Shown: positions 51,190 through 61,595 of the stretch, in pieces
Numbering within the stretch: the stretch's first letter is position 1
Layout of the letters: the number at the start of each line of letters is the position of its first letter
Assembly (NCBI GenBank): GCA_045532185.1
Contig: JAZSFL010000011.1
Span: 15,178-79,177, forward strand
Source of the DNA: Ruminiclostridium sp.
GTDB taxonomy: Bacteria > Bacillota > Clostridia > Oscillospirales > Ruminococcaceae
Length of the DNA: 64,000 nucleotides
Direction: 5' to 3'
Position numbers and translations under genes: made by a program
Notes under the pieces: generated by a model
Databases searched by the model: none
Told to the model about the DNA's origin: nothing
The model's input: the letters and a program-made list of their open reading frames with translations, nothing else

Positions 51190-51218
51190 TTGTATTTTGC
51201 TGAATTTTGTGGTATAAT
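51190..51218 (+). promoter_or_regulatory. Sigma-A promoter of the defence operon
   Basis: TTGTAT-N17-TATAAT with TGn, directly after the mazF terminator (51161-51188). Confidence 0.6.
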
Positions 51219-51370
51219 TGAAGATGGTTTATTATACATATTTCAGTCTGGCGACTTATCTGGCGGAAAATCCGCTTCTTTGGGGTGTATATCAGGCTGA
51301 GATAGAGTTTCATCCACCGGTATGTCAAGGTTGAGGGAACTCAATCGAAATAGAATGGAGGAAATTAATT

Positions 51371-53497
51371 TTGGAATTTTCACAAGCAAGGATTAATTTT
51401 AATCATGATTATGCTAACAAAAAAACATTGTCAAAATCATTTTGCACTGTAGATGGTAAGTTCGTTGAAAATATTACAATAAAAGATGCTCACGGAGAAC
51501 CTAATGAGGAGTTTTACAAATGGGAATTCATCTATAGTATGATTCAGTCAGGAAGAATTCCTAGCCGAGATTATATAGGTGCCGAAATTTATTTTCCAAA
51601 GGGGAATATTCATTCTGCACCTATAAAGGTAGATTCTGTCGTTTTTTCCGATATTTCATGGATTGATTATTATAGAAAGTACAGGGCCAATCCTAAAGAT
51701 GTAGAATCATTACAAAAAGTAAGAGAATTAGCTGTCGAAGTTATTGAGTACAAAAGAAATGATAAATCTATAGAGCAAGTATTCAGTTCTCAAGTTAAAG
51801 CAGCAATGAAAGAACCGGATAGCCCGTTTGTTCTTGGCATATATTATGATACTGGAAGACTATTCCTTTTTAAAAGAATTAAAGATGAGATTACTCGTTT
51901 TGACAACAGTTTGAGTTTTCCTACGAGTCAGAGAGTTCTGGAACAGTATCAGCTTGAAATCACAGATCCGTATTATACAATTCCTACGCTTGATAATTTA
52001 GATAAAATCATCAATAAAAGCGAAAAAACAGATAGAAGCCAACTGCATATTGAAGATCTAGATATCGTCTACACGATTCAAGACGACAATATGAAAAATG
52101 CACTTAATTCTATAATGCGTGTTCTGGACTCGGTTAGTTTATCCAATGAAGAAGGATACATGATTCTAATTCAGCTTATCGCAATGAAGATTTATGACGA
52201 AAAGCAGCGAGAGGAGCACGGTGGCTATATTCAGTTCTACATCAATGAAGATGAATATTATCAAGGCAATCTAAATATTGTTTCTGTTCAAAAATTTATT
52301 ACCAGAATGAAAAACTTATATAAAGAGGCAAGAGCTTATTATAATAACATTTTGGGCGAAAACAAAATTGTATGGACTCAAGAAAAACATGTAAAGGTTG
52401 CAAATGAAATTGTAAGGCAATTTCAGGATTATTCTTTTGTTCGTTCAAGCAATAATGATTTGTATCAGCTCATCTTCTATAACTTTGCAACTAAGTTTCA
52501 GAAAGATGAAAAAGCACAGTTTCTTACTCCATTGCCTATCATCGACTTTATTGTAAAGATAGTAAATCCTAAAGCTGGTGAGACTATTTGCGATCCTTGT
52601 TGTGGAATTGCAGATTTCCTTTCAAAGAGTTATGTTAATGCAGATATGAAGTTGGATGACTGTCAACTTTTTGGATTTGACAATGATTACAACATGACCG
52701 TATTAGCCCAACTTAATATGCTCTTAAATGGTGATGGTAATGCAGTAATTAAATATGTCCCTGAATATGGTACAATCAATCAAAAATACACGATCGATAG
52801 AAGAATTGTGACACTGAATAGTGAAATGCACAAGGGCGGTAATTGGGATAATTGGTACGATGAGACAGAGTTAATGCAGTACGATGTGATCTTAACCAAT
52901 CCCCCGTTCGGGAAAAATAGAAGCCTTGATTTATCCAATGCACATGATTTAGAGGTCTCTAAACTTTATGAGTTATATGACAAATATACGGAGACCAATC
53001 CAAAGTCAGGATTGGATAAGGGAGTAGTATTTCTTGAAAATGCAATACGCCAAATTAAAGAGGGCGGTAGATTTGCAATTGTACTTAGTAATGCTATTAT
53101 GTCAAATAATACATGGCCTTTTGTTCGTCAATGGGTAATGGAAAGAATAAGAATCGTTGCTTTGTTTGACTTACCTGAAAATGTATTTGCAGAAACCGGA
53201 GTTAATACAACTATTCTTGTTGGGTATAAACCTTCAGCAGAACGGCTAGCAGCGTTAATTACTGATGATTACTCAGTGTTTACAAGAGATATTTTAAATG
53301 TTGGTTATAAAAAGAAAACATCAAAAAGAACGGTTAAGTTTGATAATGATTACGCTCTTAATCCTGATACTTTTGAAACAATAACTAATGTAGAGGGTGA
53401 ATCTGTACTTAATGAAGATTTCACTCGCATTATTAAAGAGTTCAAAGAATGGTGTGTTAATCAAGAACTCGATCTAAAAAAATTGTTCTTGGAGTAA
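51371..53497 (+). CDS. Fused endonuclease/N6-adenine methyltransferase (Type IIB/IIG-like RM subunit)
   Basis: N-terminal E..D..EYK PD-(D/E)xK-like region; QFLTP, DPCCGIADF (motif I), LTNPPFG (motif IV), LPENVF..TGVNT; TTG start with GGAGG RBS. Confidence 0.85.
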   Translation: MEFSQARINFNHDYANKKTLSKSFCTVDGKFVENITIKDAHGEPNEEFYKWEFIYSMIQSGRIPSRDYIGAEIYFPKGNIHSAPIKVDSVVFSDISWIDYYRKYRANPKDVESLQKVRELAVEVIEYKRNDKSIEQVFSSQVKAAMKEPDSPFVLGIYYDTGRLFLFKRIKDEITRFDNSLSFPTSQRVLEQYQLEITDPYYTIPTLDNLDKIINKSEKTDRSQLHIEDLDIVYTIQDDNMKNALNSIMRVLDSVSLSNEEGYMILIQLIAMKIYDEKQREEHGGYIQFYINEDEYYQGNLNIVSVQKFITRMKNLYKEARAYYNNILGENKIVWTQEKHVKVANEIVRQFQDYSFVRSSNNDLYQLIFYNFATKFQKDEKAQFLTPLPIIDFIVKIVNPKAGETICDPCCGIADFLSKSYVNADMKLDDCQLFGFDNDYNMTVLAQLNMLLNGDGNAVIKYVPEYGTINQKYTIDRRIVTLNSEMHKGGNWDNWYDETELMQYDVILTNPPFGKNRSLDLSNAHDLEVSKLYELYDKYTETNPKSGLDKGVVFLENAIRQIKEGGRFAIVLSNAIMSNNTWPFVRQWVMERIRIVALFDLPENVFAETGVNTTILVGYKPSAERLAALITDDYSVFTRDILNVGYKKKTSKRTVKFDNDYALNPDTFETITNVEGESVLNEDFTRIIKEFKEWCVNQELDLKKLFLE

Positions 53498-53502
53498 AGA
53501 AT

Positions 53503-54966
53503 ATGCATGAATTAATATTACCTACAGAGGTGAAAATCTCTGAAATATTGGCAAACAAATCATTATCGCCAAATAACTACAAAAAGCTTACAATAAATAA
53601 TCAAAAGAGACACAATGTATCTTTTTATATGGATGAAGAGAAACCATATAAAAAGGGGATTGAACCTGGTAGCGGTGCTTATGTCGTTAATTCATCTCAA
53701 TCGTTTTTAAGAAATAGCTGTATTAACAATATTCAATTCTCTGTAGATAAAAGCAAATATATTTTTTTAAATCCTAAATACTATAATGATTCCACACTTG
53801 TAGATGGAGATGTGTTATTTTGCACTGACGCAAATATTGGAGATTGCTCTTTATTCATTAGCAATGGAGAAAGCGTAAATTTTTCTTCTGGAATAATTAA
53901 ATTGAATTTCAAAGAAGAGAAATATAAATACTATGTAATGGCATTTATGCGTGACGATTATTTTAGAGAGCAATTAATAGCCAAAACTCCAAAAGGTGCT
54001 ACGATTAGACATTCAGGAGAATTATTTCTTGAATGTGAAATACCTGATGCGCCAGCTGATTGGGTTTATTCATTGACAGAATCACTTATAAAAAACATCG
54101 CAAATTCCGAGTATATTTCTAATTCTAAATTACGAAAAAGTGAAACATTAATCAAAAAAGAAATAATAGTTCGGAAATATGATTATGCCAATCCAACTTT
54201 AAAGCAGTTAAAAGATAAGTCTCGATTAGATTCTGGCATATATTCGGATATAGTGTTTCAGTGGAATAAAAATATACAGAATTATAAAAATGGATTTACT
54301 AATCTCAATGGATTTGGATTTAAGACTCAAAGAGGACCAAGTCTTCAAGTTCGAGATTTGGGAAGATCTATTCAAACATCGACTTTTAGGAAGGGATATA
54401 ATATTTTGATATACCCAAGCGATATTTCATCTTCGGGATATATTGAAAAAGTTACTTACCTTGGAGCGAGAAATCCAATTTGGTTTTTAGGAGAAAAGTA
54501 TATTTTATTTTCTTCTGAAGGTACAATAGGAAAAACATTTATAATTTGTGATGATTCTATGCGATTTACTACAAATATTCATGGTACAATGCTATATCCA
54601 AAAGATAAAAAGAAAGATATAAAATATAGTATCTTTTTGGGACTATACCTTAATTGGTTACGCAGCAATGAAGTTTTATTAAAGCTTTCAGTGGGTGCAA
54701 ATGGTGGTAGTTTTGCTGTTGGTTATTGGGATAACATACTAATTCCGAATGTTGATGAAATCTTTATGGACAGACTTGCATTGATTTATAACAATAGTGT
54801 CAAATTAAACCCTGCCGTTTTTAAAAGAGAAGCACTTAATGAAGCTGGAATTTATCAACTTAATAGTTTTCTGATTAAATGCAAGGTACTATTAAATACA
54901 TTGTGTAATGATATCAAAAACGATCAATTACAAAGTCAAGATTATTATATGCATATGATGGATTAA
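53503..54966 (+). CDS. HsdS-like specificity subunit
   Basis: Two TRD-like halves (GDVLF..NIG..KGATIRH..IP; YILFSSEGTIGK..GANGG..IP); 5 bp after the MTase gene. Confidence 0.7.
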   Translation: MHELILPTEVKISEILANKSLSPNNYKKLTINNQKRHNVSFYMDEEKPYKKGIEPGSGAYVVNSSQSFLRNSCINNIQFSVDKSKYIFLNPKYYNDSTLVDGDVLFCTDANIGDCSLFISNGESVNFSSGIIKLNFKEEKYKYYVMAFMRDDYFREQLIAKTPKGATIRHSGELFLECEIPDAPADWVYSLTESLIKNIANSEYISNSKLRKSETLIKKEIIVRKYDYANPTLKQLKDKSRLDSGIYSDIVFQWNKNIQNYKNGFTNLNGFGFKTQRGPSLQVRDLGRSIQTSTFRKGYNILIYPSDISSSGYIEKVTYLGARNPIWFLGEKYILFSSEGTIGKTFIICDDSMRFTTNIHGTMLYPKDKKKDIKYSIFLGLYLNWLRSNEVLLKLSVGANGGSFAVGYWDNILIPNVDEIFMDRLALIYNNSVKLNPAVFKREALNEAGIYQLNSFLIKCKVLLNTLCNDIKNDQLQSQDYYMHMMD

Positions 54967-54998
54967 TTAAATTTATCATAATAAGAAGGGAAATATTT

Positions 54999-57842
54999 AT
55001 GGTTAATTGTCGAGGTTCTGAGTGGAATCGTTGGGATCTACATGTTCATACAGCATCTTCATATGATTATAAGTATAAAGGTGAGGATGCGGATGATTTG
55101 CTTTGCAAAATTCTGGAGCAAAATGCAATAAAAGCGGTAGCAATTACAGACCATTCTAGAATTGATAAAGATAGAATAGAAAATCTTCGTTCAAAAACTT
55201 CGGGAATTGTGTTTTTCCCTGGTGTCGAGCTTCGTACAGACAAAGGTGCTAATAACCTACATTTAATTCTTATTTTCTCAGAAAAAATGGATTTGTCTGT
55301 TCTTTCTGCTGACTTTGACGCAATAATGGTACGTCAAAAGGCAAAATCAGCAGATTCGGAAGATACTATTTATTGGGAATTTGGGGATATTATTGACTTT
55401 GCTAAAAGTCACAATGCGTTGATTTCCATTCATGCTGGTCATAAAACGAACGGCATTGATAAGGAGATTGCAAATTCGCTACCAGTAAAAGAAGCAATAA
55501 AGAGTGATATAGCTAAAGAAATACACTTCTTTGAAATTGGGCAAAAGCGAGACATAGATGATTATGAGAAGTTTGTTTTTAAAGAAATTGAGCGTAAACC
55601 ATTGGTTATGTGTTCTGATTGCCACTCTCCTAAGGAATATGCGCCGAAAGAAATGCTTTGGATTAAAGCTGATTTGACCTTTGATGGACTTAAACAATGT
55701 CTTTATCAACCACAAGAGCGTGTGTTTATAGGAAATATTCCTCCTGTCTTGGATAGAGTGAACAAGAATAAGCAGAGCAATATATCCTCTATATCTTGTT
55801 CGCGTATAGAAAAGCCTATAAATAAAGATTGTGATTGGTTTGATTTTGACATTCCCCTTAATCCTAGCATGGTTGCAATTATAGGAAACAAAGGAAGCGG
55901 AAAAAGTGCATTTTCTGATATAATCGGACACCTTTGCCGTTGTAATACAATGGGAAGTGCATCGTTCTTAAATGATAAACGATTTAGAAAATCGCCAAAG
56001 AACTATGCAAATGATTATACCGCAACTTTGACGTGGCTTGATGAAGAAGTGTGTACAAACACTTTGACAACAAATCCAGATGATAGTTCTATTGAAGATG
56101 CACAGTATTTGCCGCAAAAATATATCGAAGATGTATGTAATGATTTTGGCGATATTTTTCAACAAGAAATCGACAAGGTTATATTCTCATATGTAGACAA
56201 AGCAGAACGCGGTGATGCAAAAAATCTTGATGGGTTGGTGAAACTGAAATCCAAACCGCTGGAAATTAGGTTTCAAGATGAGCGCACAAAACTTGAGGAT
56301 ATCAATGGAAAAATAGTTAATCTCGAAAGAAAAAAGACAAGCGAATACCGTAAAACCATAGCAGATTATCTTGAAAACGCTGAGGAAATACTCAAACGGC
56401 ACGAGAAATCAAAGCCTGTCGAGGTAGCCAAACCAGAGCAAAAAGATTCTGATGTGGAATACCAAGCTAAACTCGATAAACTTAACCAAGATATTCAAGG
56501 ACAAAAAGATGCAATAAAAGACGCTACCGATAAAATTGCTGATAGCAATGCTTTTATTGATGATCTGAGAACAGTAGTTGCTAAAGTTTCCTTACTTGAG
56601 ACACAGTTTGGGGAGGTTAAAGTTCAAATTGCAGAATTAGTTAGCAAATACAAACTTGGGGATGTGGATTTTGCCATTGAATTGACAACTCCGCGAGCAT
56701 TTTTAGAAGAACTGATAGCTAAAGCCGAAGAAGATAAAAAAGCTCTCCAAAATGCTGTTTCTGCCGAACAAGTTGGTTTTGCTGCTCAACTTACACGCAT
56801 AGAAGCCGAAAAAGAAATGCTAATTTCTTCTGCTGACGTAGAAGAAAAGAATTACCAAAAATATCTTGCGGATTTGGCGGAGTGGGACGAAAAACGACTT
56901 GCGATTATTGGAGATAAGGACATCGAAGGGTCTATTGAGTTTTATAAGTCTGAAATCAATTATATTGACACAAAGCTTGCTACCGAATATAGTACGCTGA
57001 TTGAGGAGAGATATAGCATAACAAAGCAATTGTACGAAGGAATAAAAGAACTATCTAAGATTTACCAAACCATCTATTCACCTGTTCAAGGGGAAATATC
57101 ACAGCTACTTGGTGATCTCGAAGACGGTATTCTGTTCCAAGCGGAGGTTTTTTTGAAAGAATACAATATTGCCCAAACCGTCTTGAACTTTATCAATCAG
57201 AGATATAACGGCAAGTACGGGCGTTCACAAAATTCACTTCAAGAAATCGAAGGTCGTGTAAAAGAAACAGATTTTAGCAATGAAGATAGTGTTATGTCTT
57301 TTGTGCGTGACATGGAAAATGTCATTACAAGCGATTTTGAATCTGCCGACAACAGGGTAGCTAAGCGACAAGAGTTTTATGATTTTATCTTTGGTTTGAA
57401 ATATATTGGCGTTAATTTCAAATTAAAAATGGGTAGGCGCTCCTTGGATGAACTCTCTCCCGGTGAGCGCGGCATTGTTTTGCTAATTTTCTATCTTGCA
57501 CTGAGCAAGGAAAGCAAGCCAATAATTATCGATCAGCCAGAGGATAACCTTGACAACCAATCTGTTTACAGCAAACTTGTACCGTGTATATGTAGAGCAA
57601 AACAAAAACGGCAAGTAATTATTGTAACGCATAATCCGAATATAGCCGTAGCATGTGATGCAGAACAGATTATTTATTGTGAGAAAAAGGCTGATGCCAG
57701 TCAGATTAGATACGAATCTGGTGCCATCGAAAATCCTGTAATCCGCAATCATGTTGTCGACGTTCTCGAAGGCACAATGCCCGCATTTGATTTAAGAAGA
57801 CTCAAGTATAAACAAAGTGATGATTCTGAAGTGTTATTATAA
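54999..57842 (+). CDS. PHP phosphoesterase fused to a coiled-coil ABC/SMC-like ATPase (Ppl/TrlF-like defence protein)
   Basis: WDLHVHT, AITDH, GVE, H, SDCH (PHP metal ligands); GNKGSGKS, LSPGER, IIDQPEDNLD, VTHNPN. Confidence 0.85.
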   Translation: MVNCRGSEWNRWDLHVHTASSYDYKYKGEDADDLLCKILEQNAIKAVAITDHSRIDKDRIENLRSKTSGIVFFPGVELRTDKGANNLHLILIFSEKMDLSVLSADFDAIMVRQKAKSADSEDTIYWEFGDIIDFAKSHNALISIHAGHKTNGIDKEIANSLPVKEAIKSDIAKEIHFFEIGQKRDIDDYEKFVFKEIERKPLVMCSDCHSPKEYAPKEMLWIKADLTFDGLKQCLYQPQERVFIGNIPPVLDRVNKNKQSNISSISCSRIEKPINKDCDWFDFDIPLNPSMVAIIGNKGSGKSAFSDIIGHLCRCNTMGSASFLNDKRFRKSPKNYANDYTATLTWLDEEVCTNTLTTNPDDSSIEDAQYLPQKYIEDVCNDFGDIFQQEIDKVIFSYVDKAERGDAKNLDGLVKLKSKPLEIRFQDERTKLEDINGKIVNLERKKTSEYRKTIADYLENAEEILKRHEKSKPVEVAKPEQKDSDVEYQAKLDKLNQDIQGQKDAIKDATDKIADSNAFIDDLRTVVAKVSLLETQFGEVKVQIAELVSKYKLGDVDFAIELTTPRAFLEELIAKAEEDKKALQNAVSAEQVGFAAQLTRIEAEKEMLISSADVEEKNYQKYLADLAEWDEKRLAIIGDKDIEGSIEFYKSEINYIDTKLATEYSTLIEERYSITKQLYEGIKELSKIYQTIYSPVQGEISQLLGDLEDGILFQAEVFLKEYNIAQTVLNFINQRYNGKYGRSQNSLQEIEGRVKETDFSNEDSVMSFVRDMENVITSDFESADNRVAKRQEFYDFIFGLKYIGVNFKLKMGRRSLDELSPGERGIVLLIFYLALSKESKPIIIDQPEDNLDNQSVYSKLVPCICRAKQKRQVIIVTHNPNIAVACDAEQIIYCEKKADASQIRYESGAIENPVIRNHVVDVLEGTMPAFDLRRLKYKQSDDSEVLL

Positions 57843-58112
57843 TTCTTGTTCTCGTTAAATAGAAAGGATGGATGATGTATTTAAGTCCTATTTAATAGAA
57901 CGACCATTGTATAAGGAAGTTTCTAATTACCTTAATACTAAAAACTTTGAAAGCATCAAATGCACAGGATGGTGTAAATATAACTCGGCAACAAAACAGG
58001 CATACCAGGTTGCAATTCATCATCATTTTTATATTGAATAGCATTTCAAACTACAAACTATATCTGCTGATTTAAAACTATATAGTTGTTCTAAAATAAG
58101 GAAGGAGAATAT

Positions 58113-61100
58113 ATGTATACTACCATAAAGGACTACTGTTCAAATGAAATTGAAAACGGGCTTTTATTGCTTGATATGCCAACAGGTTTCGGTAAAACTT
58201 ATAATGTATTGAAATACATATATGAAGCCGCTATGGATGAGTCTAATTCTGAACGTAAATTCTTCTTTGTTACAACGTTAAAAAAGAATCTTCCAGAAGA
58301 TGATTTAAAGAAACATTTTATAGAAAATGGTCATTTGAATGAGTTTAAAGAAAAATTTCTTTTTATTGACTCCAACTCTGATTGTGTAATTCAACATTTG
58401 ACGGAAGATTTAGTCAAAAGTATTCCTATCGAAATTCGAAAAACAGATGAATTCAAATCAATGTTAAATGATGTTCGTTTTTTAAGGGAATCACAAAATA
58501 ACGGGAATAATAAAGGACTTCGTCTTTATGCTTCGAGCATAAAAGAAAACTTGATGGTAAAGTCAGAGCCTAATTTTAGACGTTATATTCAGACGATTTT
58601 AACTCGTGAATTCAAAACTGTAAAAGATAGAATTTATGCAATAAAGACTGATGAAAAATGGCAATGGTTAGGAGATTTGTATCCAGCGGTATTTACAAGT
58701 GATAAACAAATCATCTTTATGAGCATGGATAAATTTCTTGCAAGAAACGCTACAATAGTTGAACCATCATATATGTTTTATAACTCGAAAATAATTGATA
58801 ACGCAATTATCTTCATCGATGAGTTTGATGCAACTAAAGAAACTATTTTGAGAAATATCATCTCTAACGGTTTGAGAGAGAAAATTGATTATATCGAGTT
58901 GTTTAATGACATATATTCTGTCTTACATACGATTGAATTTCCTAAAGCCATGACAATGCCCTCTAAAAAATGGACGGAACGTCAGAGGGAAAATAATTAT
59001 AAAAATTCAAATCTTCAATTTGTTGTTGATAATATAAAAGAAAAAGCTGATGATATCCATGCTCGATATTCATTGCAATTCAGTCATAAAACCATAAACA
59101 ATGAAGATTCTGAATCAAGGAACTTCTTGTTTCAAGACCATCAGTTTCATGCTATTTTAGATGGAAACAAATCATATATCACAACTATAAGTAATTCATT
59201 AGAAAAAATAAATGCAATACAATTTTCTAATGAAAAGCCAAGTACGGAAGATAGAAATATTCAGGTTATGCTTGGTAAACTCAGAGGATTTATAAAATAT
59301 TTTCAGCGTGGCGTTAATATGCTTGCATACAACTACATGCAGTGCAGAGAAGAACGTAGAAAATCGGGTGAAGACGAATTCTCTTTGGAGTTCGCTATTC
59401 GTTCGATTCTTGCGGAATTTCGGTTGAGTGACAAACATATTGACTATATAACTTCACAGATTCTCATATCATCTCATAGCCCTAAGGGCAATATAGAGAA
59501 TGCAGATTTCGATTTATCTTTTTATGAAAACGGATTCCGCTACTATGCTTTTGAAGATGATTATGTTCATGATATGCAATCAAAAATAATGATGTATTCT
59601 TTTCAGACAACTCCTGAAAAAATTCTTCTGCGTTTTTGTGAAAAAGCCAAGGTGATAGGGATATCAGCCACTGCATCTGTTCCTACAGTTGTTGGAAATT
59701 TTGATTATAAGTATCTAAAAGCTAAGATGAAAACAAGATACAATATTGTTTCAAAAAAAGATAGATGCAGATTAAGAAAAGAATTTGAAGAGTCGATTTC
59801 CGGATACAATAATCAAGATATTTCCATTAATGTTCAACTTTTAGGTGAAGTGTATCATGAAAAAATATGGGAAGAAATATTTGATGAGTCTGAACTTGCT
59901 CAACATATCTTTAATAGAATTGAAAGAGCTCAGAGCCAGGATAAAAACAACTACAACAAAGAGCGATATTTCAGAATTGCTATGGCATACAAGCAGTTTA
60001 TATGTCATGATGATATTCAGTCTTTTCTTTGTGTGTTGACAAAACACCCTCGTTCAGGTGATATGTATCTTGATATGGATGTTCTTTATTATATTTTTGA
60101 GCACATTCATAAAGAAAGAGAAGAAAAATTCAATAAAAATACCATCTGTTTATTAGACGGCGAAGAGTTTGATTCGAACAAGGATCAGATTATAAATAGG
60201 CTGCAACACGGCGAAAAATTATTTGTAATTTCCGTTTATCAAACGATAGGTGCAGGTCAGAATTTGCAATATCCTATTCCTAAAAATTTGAAGAATAGCT
60301 TAATAAGTAGCAATGTTCGTGAAGCTAGAGAAGAAAAGGATTTTGATGCTATTTATCTGGATAAGCCAACAAACATCTTTGTGAATTTAAGCGAAAATCT
60401 AACTGATGAAGATTTTATAAAGTATCTTTATTATGTAGAGTTTTTGCAGGAGTCGGCTGAGCTTTCGATGCAAGAAACACGAAAACATGTGAAAAAAGCA
60501 TTTAAAACTTTTTTGACAGGGCATCCATGTTGGGAAGATGCTAAATCGGTTTATGACATAAAAAGTGTTGTTTTGATGTCTACACGAACTATAATTCAAG
60601 CAATCGGTCGTATTTGCAGAACAAATCAAAAAAGAAAGAATATTTATATTTTTGCTGACCATCGTATTTCTGAAAGTATTGATTTTGATATAGATGATGG
60701 AAACAGACTTTTAAATCCTGAATTCAAAGCATTGCTTTCATGCATAAGAGATCAAAAAAGAGTTTATGTTGGCGGCGATTTAATGGACGAAGCTTCGCTT
60801 TTATCAGTTCGTGTGAATAAGATGATAACCAATATTTTGCGAGATGATTGGACAGACACTCGTATGGAACAATGGAAAGCGCTCAGAGAGTGCACATTGC
60901 AACATCCGACTTTATCATCAGAAGAAGAAAGTAACAATTTTATGGCACATAATACATATGTAAGGCTGCCTAAATCTATGAACACAATTTATTATAATCA
61001 GGAATCTGATTACAATAAAGTTTCAGTAAGCTTTACAAAATCAAAGGATTATCCCTTAGAAGTTTCGTCAACAGCAGCAAAATTAGATGTTTTAATGAAA

Positions 61101-61595
61101 AATCAAAATTTAAAAGTCTTTTTCGAGAAAAAAGGATGGGCAACTTCGTTTTCTCTTAACGAATTTATTCTTTCTCCGCCGTTATTCAATAATATATATA
61201 AGGGTGCGTTGGGAGAAGTAGCAGGCAGATTTTTACTTTGGGATTATTTAAGATTGAATTTAAAAGAAATTGAAGATCCGGAAGTGTTTGAACTATTTGA
61301 TTACAAAATCGAAAACACAGATATTTATGTAGATTTTAAAAACTGGCATGATAAAACAAGATTTGATAATGACGCAATGCTTAAAAAGATTCAATCCAAG
61401 TCAAGTTGTTGCAATGCAAAATGTATTCTAGTAATCAATGTATTATCAGAACATTTTACTGATCCGATTAAAACAAACTATGGGGGTATAGCGGTTATCC
61501 AGATACCTTCTCTGATAGATTCGAATGATCCTAATAAACCTGTATTCAAAGCGTTAGATATAATAAGGAGCTGTTTAAATGACTACGCCGATTAG
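58113..61595 (+). CDS. ddmD: SF2 helicase with C-terminal PD-(D/E)xK nuclease (DdmD-like)
   Basis: DMPTGFGKT, FIDEFD, GISATA, YQTIGAGQNLQY, IQAIGRICR; C-terminal YKGALGE..ELFD..YVDFKNW. Confidence 0.75.
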   Translation: MYTTIKDYCSNEIENGLLLLDMPTGFGKTYNVLKYIYEAAMDESNSERKFFFVTTLKKNLPEDDLKKHFIENGHLNEFKEKFLFIDSNSDCVIQHLTEDLVKSIPIEIRKTDEFKSMLNDVRFLRESQNNGNNKGLRLYASSIKENLMVKSEPNFRRYIQTILTREFKTVKDRIYAIKTDEKWQWLGDLYPAVFTSDKQIIFMSMDKFLARNATIVEPSYMFYNSKIIDNAIIFIDEFDATKETILRNIISNGLREKIDYIELFNDIYSVLHTIEFPKAMTMPSKKWTERQRENNYKNSNLQFVVDNIKEKADDIHARYSLQFSHKTINNEDSESRNFLFQDHQFHAILDGNKSYITTISNSLEKINAIQFSNEKPSTEDRNIQVMLGKLRGFIKYFQRGVNMLAYNYMQCREERRKSGEDEFSLEFAIRSILAEFRLSDKHIDYITSQILISSHSPKGNIENADFDLSFYENGFRYYAFEDDYVHDMQSKIMMYSFQTTPEKILLRFCEKAKVIGISATASVPTVVGNFDYKYLKAKMKTRYNIVSKKDRCRLRKEFEESISGYNNQDISINVQLLGEVYHEKIWEEIFDESELAQHIFNRIERAQSQDKNNYNKERYFRIAMAYKQFICHDDIQSFLCVLTKHPRSGDMYLDMDVLYYIFEHIHKEREEKFNKNTICLLDGEEFDSNKDQIINRLQHGEKLFVISVYQTIGAGQNLQYPIPKNLKNSLISSNVREAREEKDFDAIYLDKPTNIFVNLSENLTDEDFIKYLYYVEFLQESAELSMQETRKHVKKAFKTFLTGHPCWEDAKSVYDIKSVVLMSTRTIIQAIGRICRTNQKRKNIYIFADHRISESIDFDIDDGNRLLNPEFKALLSCIRDQKRVYVGGDLMDEASLLSVRVNKMITNILRDDWTDTRMEQWKALRECTLQHPTLSSEEESNNFMAHNTYVRLPKSMNTIYYNQESDYNKVSVSFTKSKDYPLEVSSTAAKLDVLMKNQNLKVFFEKKGWATSFSLNEFILSPPLFNNIYKGALGEVAGRFLLWDYLRLNLKEIEDPEVFELFDYKIENTDIYVDFKNWHDKTRFDNDAMLKKIQSKSSCCNAKCILVINVLSEHFTDPIKTNYGGIAVIQIPSLIDSNDPNKPVFKALDIIRSCLNDYAD

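Noticed and set aside
51371-54966. Classical Type I R-M system
   Set aside because: No HsdR in the operon, and the MTase carries its own N-terminal nuclease-like domain.
57868-58041. 57-aa ORF between the PHP-ATPase and the helicase
   Set aside because: The RBS is spaced for a different ATG that stops after 6-7 codons and there are no motifs; probably a gene remnant or chance.
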